Assembly: GCF_003044035.1 (NCBI RefSeq)
Contig: NZ_NVQC01000010.1
Span: 15,363 to 47,362 of the forward strand
From: Candidatus Methylomirabilis limnetica
Lineage (GTDB): Bacteria; Methylomirabilota; Methylomirabilia; Methylomirabilales; Methylomirabilaceae
Length of the DNA stretch: 32,000 nt
Reading direction: 5' to 3'
The notes beneath the pieces were generated by a model, which was given only the letters and a program-made list of their open reading frames with translations, made no database searches and was not told the origin of the DNA. The position numbers and the translations under genes are program-made. Positions 8,000 to 16,741 of the stretch are shown one piece after another. The first letter of the stretch is position 1. Each line of letters starts with the position of its first letter.

Positions 8000-9076
8000 T
8001 CAGACATTGAAGCGGATGGTCATGATATCGCCGTCAGCCACGAGGTACTCTTTTCCCTCAAGGCGTAGCAGTCCTTGGTTTCGGGCCGTTGCCAGCGACC
8101 CACAGCGGTCGAGCGCCTCGTAGGCCACCACCTCTGCTCTGATGAAGCCATGCTCCAGGTCGCTATGGATGGCCCCGGCCGCCTGCATCGCCGTCGAGCC
8201 GTGAGGGATCATCCAGGCCCGCACCTCATCGCTGCCTACGGTAAAGAACGTCGTGAGACCAAGGAGGTCATAGCAGGCCTGGCGCAGCCGTGGCGCCGCG
8301 GAAGCCCCAAGGCCAAGCTCGGCACAGAAGGCGCTCGCTTCATCAGGGGGCAGGTCCGCCAACTCCAGTTCCAGTTTGGCGGATATGGCCATTGGGGCTG
8401 ACTGAGAGGCCCCCATCGCCGGTAGGGCCTTCAGGCCGTCGGGCCCTCCATCAGCCTCTTCACCGGTGTTGACCACCAGAAGGCTCGGCTTGGCCATAAG
8501 GAACTGAAAGCCGCGAAGCAAGCGCTCATCTTCAGCGGTCAGTGCCATCCCGCGCAGGGGCTTTTCCTCCTGCAGTGCTGCGTAACATCGTTTCAAGAGG
8601 GCCAGCTCCTGAGGACTCTCGCCCTTCTTCCCCTTTCGCATCGCCTCTTCGATCTTGGCGATTCGCTTCTCTACCACATCCAGATCGGCCAGGATCAGTT
8701 CAGCCTGTAGTGTGTCCGCATCCTTGGCCGGATCGACGCGCCCTTCGATGTGGGGGACCCGCTCGTCCTCAAAGGCCCGAACGACCATGAGCAGGGTAGT
8801 GGTCTGCCGCATCTGAGGGAGGAGCTGTCCACCAGGGCTCGTGGGTTTGCCGGATTCTTTCACGAGCGGGGCGAAGTCCACGAGCTCGAAGCTGGCAGGT
8901 GTGAGCTTTTTTGGCTTGAACATAAGAGCCAGCCGATCGAGACGGGGATCGGGGACCTTGACGACGGAGATCGAGGCCTCCAACTGGCCCGCATGGTGGC
9001 TTGGCTGGCCGTGGGTCAGCAGTTGGTAAACGGTGCTCTTGCCGGAGGCCGGCAGTCCAATGATACCGATGCGCAT
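8000..9076 (-). CDS. ychF: Obg-like ATPase YchF
   Basis: P-loop GLPASGKST and a C-terminal TGS-type end DGDIMTIRFNV. I moved the start to ATG 9076 (MRIGIIG), which follows the SD AGGAGA. The track start at 9103 adds 9 aa. Confidence 0.9.
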   Translation of the reverse strand: MRIGIIGLPASGKSTVYQLLTHGQPSHHAGQLEASISVVKVPDPRLDRLALMFKPKKLTPASFELVDFAPLVKESGKPTSPGGQLLPQMRQTTTLLMVVRAFEDERVPHIEGRVDPAKDADTLQAELILADLDVVEKRIAKIEEAMRKGKKGESPQELALLKRCYAALQEEKPLRGMALTAEDERLLRGFQFLMAKPSLLVVNTGEEADGGPDGLKALPAMGASQSAPMAISAKLELELADLPPDEASAFCAELGLGASAAPRLRQACYDLLGLTTFFTVGSDEVRAWMIPHGSTAMQAAGAIHSDLEHGFIRAEVVAYEALDRCGSLATARNQGLLRLEGKEYLVADGDIMTIRFNV

Positions 9077-9226
9077 CTGCTCTATCTCCTGATTATGGTC
9101 CACCTCGTAGGCCGCTCATACGGCGTTGTCACAGTATCACAGGCTCAGGGTACGCGCCACCGAAACCGGCCTGGCCTCGTGCTTTTGAATTGAAATATTC
9201 CCGACCTGTGGTAAGCTCAACTTCCA

Positions 9227-9715
9227 ATGAAGGCCTACCTGGATATCGAAACCTCGTTCGATGGCGCCATTACGGTGGTAGGCTTGTATGCTGCCGACCG
9301 AGGGCTGATTCAGTTGGTCGGTACAAAGATCAGCGATGTCACAGTCTGGCAGGCGCTTGAAGGCGTGGATACGGTCTGTACGTATAACGGCAGCCGCTTC
9401 GACCTTCCGGTGATCCGCCGCCGTCTTGGCCTCGACCTGCGCGCGACGCTTCAATCCCACGACCTGATGTATACGTGCTGGCGACATCGCCTGTTCGGCG
9501 GGCTGAAACGGGTAGAGGAGCAGCTCAGTATCCCCCGGCGTTCGAAGGGGGTCGATGGCATTGAAGCGATGCGGCTATGGTCCAGATATGAGGATGGCGG
9601 TGATGAGGAGGCGCTACAGGTGCTCCTCACCTACAACGGCGAGGATGTTTTGAACCTCCCGGTCCTCGAAGCACGGCTAGTGGAGCTCGAAAGCACGTAT
9701 GCGCGTCGCGATTAA
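9227..9715 (+). CDS. RNase H-like 3'-5' exonuclease domain protein (YprB-like)
   Basis: 162 aa. DEDD-type motifs YLDIETS, YNGSRFDLPVI and YNGEDVLNL. It overlaps mtaB by 17 nt. Confidence 0.7.
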   Translation: MKAYLDIETSFDGAITVVGLYAADRGLIQLVGTKISDVTVWQALEGVDTVCTYNGSRFDLPVIRRRLGLDLRATLQSHDLMYTCWRHRLFGGLKRVEEQLSIPRRSKGVDGIEAMRLWSRYEDGGDEEALQVLLTYNGEDVLNLPVLEARLVELESTYARRD

Positions 9716-11042
9716 GACCCTGGGGTGCCGGCAGAATCAATCTGAGAGCGATGCCCTCCAGGAGTCGCTACGGCGGGATGGACACACGGCGGTTGGCCCT
9801 GACGAAGCGGCCGATCTTTTCATCATCAACACCTGTGCCGTGACGCAGGAAGCCGATGCCGACTCGCGACAGATGATCCGGCGAGCGATCCGCCACAACC
9901 CGTTGGCCCGTGTGGTCGTTACGGGGTGCTATGCCCAGGTGGCTTCCGGGGCAGTTGCCGCAATCCCCGGTGTGGACTTGGTTGCAGGTAATGGCGAGAA
10001 GGCACAATTGCCTGCGCTAATATCGGGCCTGGGCGACCGGAGGCCGCCGCTCATTGCCGTCGGCGACATACAGCGGGTAAGCCGCTTTACCGCGCTTCCA
10101 CCACCGATTGGTGCAGCACGGAGCCGGGCGCTGCTCAAGATCCAGGATGGGTGCAACTATCGGTGCACCTTCTGTATCGTACCAGAGACCCGCGGGCCGA
10201 GCCGGAGTCAGACGAACGATGCCGCAATGCGAGACTTGCGGGCCCTCGTGGATGCCGGGTATCCCGAGGTGGTCCTGACCGGGACTCACCTGGGCACGTA
10301 CGGGCGCGACCTGCCGATCGGCAGTTCAATTGCCGGATTAGTCGCTCGGATGCTGGAGGTGGCGGCGCCCGCGAGGTTGCGTCTGAGCTCGCTCGATCCG
10401 CATGAGGTGGGGGAGGATCTGGTCGCCCTCTTTGATCGCTTCGGAAACCTTTGCCGTCATCTGCACCTGCCACTGCAGAGCGGCGATGAGGCTGTCCTGA
10501 AGCGCATGCGACGCCCGCACACGGCCGACGATTTTCGCCGGCTGGTAGAGCGGCTTGCGGAGGCGGTCCCCGGGATCGCCATCGGGACAGATATCATTGT
10601 CGGTTTTCCTGACGAGGGGGACGCAGAGTTTGAGAACACCTACCGGCTGCTCGACCGTCTGCCGATTGCCTATCTTCACGTGTTCAGCTACTCACAGCGG
10701 AAAGGAACCGTCGCTGCCTCAATGCCGAACCATGTTCCTAAAAGCGTGAGGGCAACCAGGAGCGCTGCTATCCGGGCGCTGAGCGAAGCGAAGTGGCAGA
10801 AGTTTCGACAGACACAGGTCGGGCAGTTGTTCACGGCTGTCGTCCTGGACAGGCGGGATGCGCGACCCGGGCGGATCGAGGCGCTGACCGACAATTATAT
10901 CACGGTGGGAATCCAGGATGCTGAGGGGTACATCGGTCGCACGGTCGATCTGAGCATCGAGGCGGTGACCGAACGGGAGACCGTTGGGCGCCTGCGCGCG
11001 CGATGTGCCGATGATTTCATACCTACGCCGGAGGGAAAATGA
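9699..11042 (+). CDS. mtaB: Radical-SAM tRNA methylthiotransferase, MtaB-like
   Basis: 447 aa. N-terminal UPF0004 domain (VAIKTLGCRQNQSES), radical-SAM motif CNYRCTFC, and a C-terminal TRAM-like segment. Confidence 0.85.
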   Translation: MRVAIKTLGCRQNQSESDALQESLRRDGHTAVGPDEAADLFIINTCAVTQEADADSRQMIRRAIRHNPLARVVVTGCYAQVASGAVAAIPGVDLVAGNGEKAQLPALISGLGDRRPPLIAVGDIQRVSRFTALPPPIGAARSRALLKIQDGCNYRCTFCIVPETRGPSRSQTNDAAMRDLRALVDAGYPEVVLTGTHLGTYGRDLPIGSSIAGLVARMLEVAAPARLRLSSLDPHEVGEDLVALFDRFGNLCRHLHLPLQSGDEAVLKRMRRPHTADDFRRLVERLAEAVPGIAIGTDIIVGFPDEGDAEFENTYRLLDRLPIAYLHVFSYSQRKGTVAASMPNHVPKSVRATRSAAIRALSEAKWQKFRQTQVGQLFTAVVLDRRDARPGRIEALTDNYITVGIQDAEGYIGRTVDLSIEAVTERETVGRLRARCADDFIPTPEGK

Positions 11043-11905
11043 GCCAGGGGCTGATCGGTATCATCGGCGGAAGCGGGTTGTACGAAATGGAGGGACTCGA
11101 TCGGGTTGAGGAGCGGCGCATCGAAACCCCCTTTGGGGCGCCGTCAGATGCCTACATTATCGGGTCCCTGGCAGGGCGACGGGTGGCGTTTCTCGCGCGG
11201 CACGGACGCAGCCATAGCCTGATGCCGTCCGAGCTGAATTTCCGCGCAAACATCTTCGGGTTCAAGCTCCTGGGCGCGGAGTGGGTAATCTCCGCCTCGG
11301 CGGTGGGCAGCATGCGCGAGGATCTCCCGCCTCTGGACATTGTCATTCCAGATCAGTTCTTCGATCGAACGAAGGGGCGGGTCAGCACCTTCTTCGGGGG
11401 CGGCCTCGTAGCCCATGTGAGCTTCGCCGATCCGACGTGTCCGATCCTGGGAAAGTCGCTGTTCGCCGCCGGGCAGTCGGTCGGGGCCAGAATACATCGC
11501 GGTGGCACGTACCTGTGCATCGAGGGGCCGCAGTTCTCGACCAGGGCCGAGTCGCGGATCTATCGAAGTTGGGGCGTGGATGTCATCGGGATGACGAATC
11601 TGCAAGAGGCGAAGCTCTGCCGCGAGGCCGAGATCTGCTATGCGACGCTGGCCCTGGTGACCGATTATGATGTCTGGCACGAGACAGAGCAGGATGTGTC
11701 GGTGGAGGCGGTAGTGGCTATCCTCAAGCAAAACGCCGAGACCGCCAAGGCCATCATCAAGACCACGGTGTCGTCGTTTCCGGCCGGCAGGGAAGGCTGC
11801 GCGTGCGGGAGCGCGATGCAGGATGCGATCATCACCGCTCGCGACGCCATCCCAGCCGATGTGCGCGAGCGACTGCGGCCGATCATTGGGAAGTATGTTC
11901 AGTAA
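11039..11905 (+). CDS. mtnP: S-methyl-5'-thioadenosine phosphorylase
   Basis: 288 aa. IGIIGGSGLY N-terminus, the PNP/MTAP family pattern (FLARHG, VIGMT), and the Cys-rich tail typical of MTAP. SD GGAGGG. The ATG overlaps the mtaB stop. Confidence 0.9.
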   Translation: MSQGLIGIIGGSGLYEMEGLDRVEERRIETPFGAPSDAYIIGSLAGRRVAFLARHGRSHSLMPSELNFRANIFGFKLLGAEWVISASAVGSMREDLPPLDIVIPDQFFDRTKGRVSTFFGGGLVAHVSFADPTCPILGKSLFAAGQSVGARIHRGGTYLCIEGPQFSTRAESRIYRSWGVDVIGMTNLQEAKLCREAEICYATLALVTDYDVWHETEQDVSVEAVVAILKQNAETAKAIIKTTVSSFPAGREGCACGSAMQDAIITARDAIPADVRERLRPIIGKYVQ

Positions 11906-11931
11906 CGTGAGAAGTGTACCCCCCCACCCTT

Positions 11932-11955
11932 CCCTCCCCCTCGGAGGGGGGAGGG
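11932..11955. repeat. C5/G5-family hairpin CCCTCCCCC-TCGG-AGGGGGGAGGG in the mtnP-pfkB spacer
   Basis: Read directly. It ends 26 nt before the pfkB-family ATG, and further G-runs extend to 11968. Confidence 0.8.
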
Positions 11956-11980
11956 GTAGAGAGGGGGTGCGAGGCGCATT

Positions 11981-12889
11981 ATGAGTATCCTTGTTGTTGG
12001 ATCGGTCGCGCTTGACTCCGTCCAGACGCCGTTCGGTAATGCGAAAGAGGCGCTGGGTGGTTCCGCGACGTACTTCTCGGTGGCGGCAAGTTTCTTTACC
12101 GATGTTCGGGTTGTGGCAGTAGTGGGGGAGGACTTTCCAGAAGAGCACCTGGCGTTTCTGAAGAGCCGGTCGATTGATCTTGAAGGGCTGGTTCGGGTCC
12201 CTGGGCGGACCTTTCGGTGGGCTGGAGAGTACGGGTTTGATCTGAACGAGGCTAAGACGCTGGAGACGCAGCTCAATGTGTTTGCAGCGTTTCAGCCGGA
12301 GATCCCGAAGGCGTACAAAGAAAGCGAGTTGGTCTTCCTGGCCAACATCGATCCCGATCTGCAGCGGCAAGTTCTTGGCCAGGTGAGCCTGCCGAGGCTG
12401 GTGGCGGCCGACACGATGAACTACTGGATCAACGGGAAGCCCGAGGCGCTCCGGGAGACCCTGAAGCTGGTCGATATCCTGCTGATTAACGACGCCGAGA
12501 CCCGTCAGCTTGCCGGAGAGCCGAACCTGGTCCTGGCGGCGCAAAAGATATTGAGTTGGGGACCCACCTCGCTGGTCATCAAGCGGGGAGAGTACGGCGC
12601 GCTGATGATCCGAAAGGGCGGGTGGTTTGCCGCGCCAGCGCTCCCACTCGATTCGGTGTTTGACCCGACGGGAGCGGGTGATTGCTTTGCCGGCGGATTC
12701 ATCGGGTATCTTGCCAATACGATGAATTTCGAGGAGCAGAACATCCGGAAGGCGATCGTGATGGGATCGGTAATGGCCTCTTTTAACGTTGAGGCCTTTT
12801 CGCTCGATCGCTTACGACGGCTTACCTATCCTGAAATCGAGGCGAGGTACAAGGCGTTCAAACGCCTCACGCAATTTGAAGACCTTTAG
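11981..12889 (+). CDS. PfkB-family carbohydrate/nucleoside kinase
   Basis: 302 aa. N-terminal VVGSVALD and the C-terminal PfkB signature DPTGAGDCFAGGF. The substrate is unknown. Confidence 0.85.
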   Translation: MSILVVGSVALDSVQTPFGNAKEALGGSATYFSVAASFFTDVRVVAVVGEDFPEEHLAFLKSRSIDLEGLVRVPGRTFRWAGEYGFDLNEAKTLETQLNVFAAFQPEIPKAYKESELVFLANIDPDLQRQVLGQVSLPRLVAADTMNYWINGKPEALRETLKLVDILLINDAETRQLAGEPNLVLAAQKILSWGPTSLVIKRGEYGALMIRKGGWFAAPALPLDSVFDPTGAGDCFAGGFIGYLANTMNFEEQNIRKAIVMGSVMASFNVEAFSLDRLRRLTYPEIEARYKAFKRLTQFEDL

Positions 12890-12904
12890 GCCGAAGGGGA
12901 GAAC

Positions 12905-14467
12905 ATGATGGCGAATGAGCGCCATAAGGACAAGCTGGAAGAGCTGCGCCGCCGACGCGAAGCCGCCATGCAAGGGGGCGGGCAAGGGCGCATCGATCGG
13001 CATCACCAGTCGGGGAAGCTGACAGCGCGCGAACGGATCGACGTGCTTCTCGATCCGGGGAGTTTCACCGAGCTGGACGCCTTCGTCACCCATCAGTGCC
13101 ACGACTTTGACATGGATCAGCAACGGATCCCTGGTGACGGGGTTGTCATCGGATACGGGACGATCGATGGGCGACAGATCTACATCTTCGCCCAGGATTT
13201 CACCGTGTTCGGCGGTAGCCTGAGCGGGGCCCACGCCGCCAAGATCTGCAAGGTGATGGATTTGGCCATGAAGATGGGTGCTCCAATCATCGGCTTGAGC
13301 GATTCTGGAGGGGCCAGAATTCAGGAGGGGGTCGTCTCGCTGGCGGGATATGCCGATCTCTTCCTCCGCAACACGTTGGCCTCAGGGGTGATCCCGCAGA
13401 TCGCGGCCATCATGGGACCATGCGCCGGCGGTGCTGTCTATTCACCGGCCCTGATGGACTTCGTCCTCATGGTGCGCCATACCAGCCACATGTTCGTCAC
13501 AGGACCTGATGTGATCAAGACCGTCTTACACGAGGAGGTGAGCTTCGAGGATCTGGGTGGCGCGATGACCCATAATGCCACGTCGGGTGTTGCCCACTTT
13601 GCTGTCGATTCAGAGCAGGAGTGCCTGGCTTCGATCAGGGAACTCCTCTCTTACCTCCCTCAGAACAACGTGGAAGACCCGTCTCTCCGCGAGTCCAGTG
13701 ACGATCCGGAGCGGCAAGAGGATGCCCTGAACGCCCTTATCCCAGACAGCCCCAACAGACCGTACGATATGAAGGAGCTGATCCGCATGGTGGTGGACGA
13801 CGGCGAGTTTCTAGAGGTTCAGGAACACTTTGCCCGGAATATGGTGGTTGGCTTTGGGCGCTTGGGGGGACAGTCGGTCGGGTTTGTCGCCAACCAGCCC
13901 ATAGCGCTGGCTGGCTGCCTCGACGCCAACTCATCCGTCAAGGCAGCCCGCTTTATCCGCTTTTGCGATGCCTTCAACATTCCCATCATTACCTTGACGG
14001 ATGTTCCGGGCTACCTCCCAGGCACAGCCCAGGAACATGGCGGTATCATCAAGCACGGAGCGAAGCTGCTTTACGCCTACGGAGAGGCCACGGTACCGAA
14101 AATCACCATCATCGTCCGAAAGGCCTACGGGGGCGCCTATTGCGTGATGGGCAGTAAGCATATGCGGGCCGATATCAACTTTGCCTATCCGACGGCGGAG
14201 ATCGCCGTTATGGGACCAGAGGGGGCGGTCAATATCCTGCATAAGCGGAAGATTGCCGAGGAGGTTGATGACGCTTCTTTCCGCACGGAAAAGGTAGCGG
14301 AGTTCCGCGATAAATTTGCTAATCCGTACATTGCCGCAGAGCGGGGCTACATCGATGAAGTGATCGAGCCGAAAGAGACTCGTCCAAAACTGATCAAGGC
14401 GCTTAGGTCACTGAGGACAAAGCGCGTGACTAACCCTCCAAAGAAACACGGGAACATCCCACTGTAG
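12905..14467 (+). CDS. pccB: Acyl-CoA carboxylase carboxyltransferase subunit (propionyl-CoA carboxylase beta / methylmalonyl-CoA carboxyltransferase)
   Basis: 520 aa with full-length carboxyl-transferase layout (GKLTARERI, DSGGARIQEG, the PGFLPG-type segment VPGYLPG). SD GGGGAG. Confidence 0.92.
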   Translation: MMANERHKDKLEELRRRREAAMQGGGQGRIDRHHQSGKLTARERIDVLLDPGSFTELDAFVTHQCHDFDMDQQRIPGDGVVIGYGTIDGRQIYIFAQDFTVFGGSLSGAHAAKICKVMDLAMKMGAPIIGLSDSGGARIQEGVVSLAGYADLFLRNTLASGVIPQIAAIMGPCAGGAVYSPALMDFVLMVRHTSHMFVTGPDVIKTVLHEEVSFEDLGGAMTHNATSGVAHFAVDSEQECLASIRELLSYLPQNNVEDPSLRESSDDPERQEDALNALIPDSPNRPYDMKELIRMVVDDGEFLEVQEHFARNMVVGFGRLGGQSVGFVANQPIALAGCLDANSSVKAARFIRFCDAFNIPIITLTDVPGYLPGTAQEHGGIIKHGAKLLYAYGEATVPKITIIVRKAYGGAYCVMGSKHMRADINFAYPTAEIAVMGPEGAVNILHKRKIAEEVDDASFRTEKVAEFRDKFANPYIAAERGYIDEVIEPKETRPKLIKALRSLRTKRVTNPPKKHGNIPL

Positions 14468-14477
14468 AGAGGCAGCG

Positions 14478-14552
14478 TTCAGCCATCGTAGGGGCAGGGC
14501 TTGCCCTGCCCCAGAAGGGCGCAGCAAGCAGCGCCCCTACGATGGGGCTGAA
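14478..14552. repeat. Nested GTAG-type REP doublet. The outer stem is TTCAGCCATCGTAGGGGC / GCCCCTACGATGGGGCTGAA, enclosing the hairpins GGGGCAGGGCTTGCCCTGCCCC and GGGCGC..GCGCCC.
   Basis: Read directly. The core 14488-14540 starts GTAGGGGC and ends GCCCCTAC, as do the copies at 24593 and 28087. Confidence 0.85.
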
Positions 14553-14574
14553 TGCTGATAGCTGGCGGCTGATT
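14547..14574 (+). repeat. Four tandem heptamers GCTGAAT GCTGATA GCTGGCG GCTGATT
   Basis: Read directly. The array ends 3 nt before the accC ATG and carries stops in the two frames other than the accC frame. Confidence 0.9.
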
Positions 14575-14577
14575 CAC

Positions 14578-16080
14578 ATGTTTGACAAGATCCTGATTGC
14601 AAATCGTGGGGAAATCGCTGTTCGGGTGATCCGAGCCTGTCGCGAGATGGGCATCGGCACGGTGGCGGTCTACTCAGAGGCCGATCGAGCTGCGCTGCAC
14701 GTCAGGTTGGCGGACGAGGCGTACCTGATCGGTCCAGCCCCTTCCCCCCAGAGTTATCTCAAGGTTGACCGGATCATCGAGACCGCGAAGCTGTCAGGCA
14801 CGAATGCCATCCATCCAGGATATGGCTTCCTGTCGGAGAATGCGGAGTTCGCCTTGCGGTGCGAGGAAGAAGGATTGGTGTTCATCGGTCCTTCCTCTCA
14901 CGCAATCCGCGCGGTGGGCGGTAAGACTGCCGGCCGGAACCTGGCGAGCAATGCCGGTGTCCCTATCGTCCCAGGGACGACCCGAGACCTCACCGATCAG
15001 GAGGTACGAGAGGCCGTCCGAGAGCTTGGCCTGCCTGTGGTCATTAAGGCCTCTGCCGGAGGGGGCGGAAAAGGGATGCGAATCGTCTCAAGCGAGGCGA
15101 TGCTCGGTAGCGGCATCCGCGCCGCTCGCTCTGAAGCCTCCTCTGCGTTCGGTAGCTCTGCCATCTATGTGGAGCGGCATCTGGGTTCCGCTCGCCACAT
15201 CGAGATGCAGATTATAGCCGATACCCGGGGCAACGTGGTGTACCTTGGGGAGCGCGAATGCTCACTACAGCGGCGTCACCAGAAGGTCATTGAAGAGTCG
15301 CCGTCACCCTTTGTGGACCTCGAACTGAGGCACCGGATGGGAGAGGCGGCGGTGAGGATAGCCAGAGCCGCAGGCTACACGAATGCCGGAACGATGGAGT
15401 TCCTGGTCGATCCGTCCAGGAACTTCTATTTCCTGGAGATGAACACGCGGCTACAGGTGGAGCATTCGGTCACCGAGATGGTGACCGGGCTTGACCTGGT
15501 GAAAGAGCAGATCCGGATTGCGGCTGGGGAACCGCTCTCAGTACGGCAAGATGAGATCCAGTTGTACGGTCACGCGATCGAGTGCCGTATCTACGCCGAG
15601 GATCCCTTCAATAACTTCATGCCGTCGCCAGGACGGATTCGGGCGCTGCGTACGCCTGGTGGGCCTGGCATCCGGATCGAGAGCGCGATCTACGAAGGCT
15701 GCGAGGTTCCGATCTACTATGATCCCCTGATCTCGAAATTGGTCGTCTGGGGACGGGACCGTAGCGAGGCGATCGGGCGAATGCGACGCGCCCTGGCTGA
15801 GTATGTCGTACTCGGCGTGAAGACTAACATCCAGTTCCACCAACAGGTCCTTAATCTTTCGGAGTTCGTTACGGGCCAGATCCATACGGAATTTCTTGAG
15901 AGTTGGCTGGCCACCGGACTAAAGCCAGAGGGCGAGGCTTTCGCGGAGATTGCGCTGATTGCTGGAGCGCTCTATCTCCATACCAGGAAGCGCGCAGCCC
16001 CCTCGCCCATCGGGGCCGGCGGCCAGGTGGAAAGTGCCTGGAAGCTCGCCGGCCGTCAGGATGGGCTGCGACGACGATGA
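14578..16080 (+). CDS. accC: Biotin carboxylase subunit of acyl-CoA carboxylase
   Basis: Start taken at MFDKILIANRGEIAVR. ATP-grasp glycine loop GGGGKGMR and ERECSLQRRHQK. The track start at 14542 reads through the heptamer array. Confidence 0.92.
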   Translation: MFDKILIANRGEIAVRVIRACREMGIGTVAVYSEADRAALHVRLADEAYLIGPAPSPQSYLKVDRIIETAKLSGTNAIHPGYGFLSENAEFALRCEEEGLVFIGPSSHAIRAVGGKTAGRNLASNAGVPIVPGTTRDLTDQEVREAVRELGLPVVIKASAGGGGKGMRIVSSEAMLGSGIRAARSEASSAFGSSAIYVERHLGSARHIEMQIIADTRGNVVYLGERECSLQRRHQKVIEESPSPFVDLELRHRMGEAAVRIARAAGYTNAGTMEFLVDPSRNFYFLEMNTRLQVEHSVTEMVTGLDLVKEQIRIAAGEPLSVRQDEIQLYGHAIECRIYAEDPFNNFMPSPGRIRALRTPGGPGIRIESAIYEGCEVPIYYDPLISKLVVWGRDRSEAIGRMRRALAEYVVLGVKTNIQFHQQVLNLSEFVTGQIHTEFLESWLATGLKPEGEAFAEIALIAGALYLHTRKRAAPSPIGAGGQVESAWKLAGRQDGLRRR

Positions 16081-16583
16081 CCTACTCCGCTGATCTGCAT
16101 GGCAGAATTCACAGGCTCGCGGTGAAGGGTACGGGATCGCCAGTACCGGTTCAAATTGACGGGAAGACCTATGATGTCGATTTCAGCGCTGGTGACGGCA
16201 GTCTTCTCTCACTTATCGTGATGGGCCGCTCGTACGAGGCCGATGTGGTCGAAGAATCGGAGGGGGTCCTTACGGTATGGGTGGAGGGCAAGCTGCACCG
16301 AATCGAGTACCAGGAGGAGGGGCGTCGCCCCCGAAGAGGTGCAGGGGTTCCCCGCCAGGACATAGGAGGCCGCCAGATGATTGTGGCCCCGATGCCGGGA
16401 AAGGTTGTGGCGTTACTCGTCTCACCAGCGCAAGAGGTGAGTGCGGGTCAAGGGGTGATTGTCATTGAGGCGATGAAGATGGAAAACGAGTTGAAAGCTT
16501 CGGGGCCTGGGGTAATCAAAGAGATCAAGGTTCAAGAAGGGGACGCTGTCAGCGGAGGCGATGTCCTCATTATTATTGAGTAA
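16077..16583 (+). CDS. Biotin carboxyl carrier protein (biotinyl/lipoyl domain)
   Basis: The ATG at 16077 overlaps the accC stop (ATGA). The C-terminal biotinylation motif is [10 protein letters not shown]. The track start at 15903 lies inside accC. Confidence 0.85.
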   Translation: MTYSADLHGRIHRLAVKGTGSPVPVQIDGKTYDVDFSAGDGSLLSLIVMGRSYEADVVEESEGVLTVWVEGKLHRIEYQEEGRRPRRGAGVPRQDIGGRQMIVAPMPGKVVALLVSPAQEVSAGQGVIVIEAMKMENELKASGPGVIKEIKVQEGDAVSGGDVLIIIE

Positions 16584-16592
16584 CTGTACGGA

Positions 16593-16730
16593 CGGCCAGA
16601 CCGCACCACGGCGCACGAAACGGCATCTTCACCCCCCCATCCTCACCTTCCCCCTCATGGGGGGGAAGGGACACCTCACGCGAACTCCTCCCCCCGTGGA
16701 GGGGGAGGATACAGGTGGGGGGGATTTTCC
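16593..16730 (+). repeat. Composite element: the module CGGCCAGACCGCACCACGGCGCACGAAA (16593-16620), two C5/G5 hairpins (16646-16669 and 16686-16709) and a GGGGGGGATTTT tail
   Basis: Read directly. It fills the BCCP-mutase spacer and has the same module order as 1-75. Confidence 0.8.
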
Positions 16731-16741
16731 AGGGAAGCGAT

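Noticed and set aside
9190-9217. Promoter TTGAAA-N16-TAAGCT in the ychF/exonuclease divergent region
   Set aside because: The hexamers are plausible, but the -10 ends only 9 nt before the ATG at 9227, which implies a leaderless transcript. That is too speculative to list as a feature.
11144-12544. 466-aa ORF on the minus strand
   Set aside because: It runs antisense across mtnP, a repeat element and the PfkB kinase gene. The product is Arg/Pro/Gly/Leu-rich and low in complexity with no motifs. This is a typical shadow ORF of GC-rich coding DNA.
15903-16076. Upstream part of the 226-aa BCCP ORF
   Set aside because: It lies inside accC in another frame. The ATG at 16077 overlaps the accC stop and gives a normal-sized BCCP.
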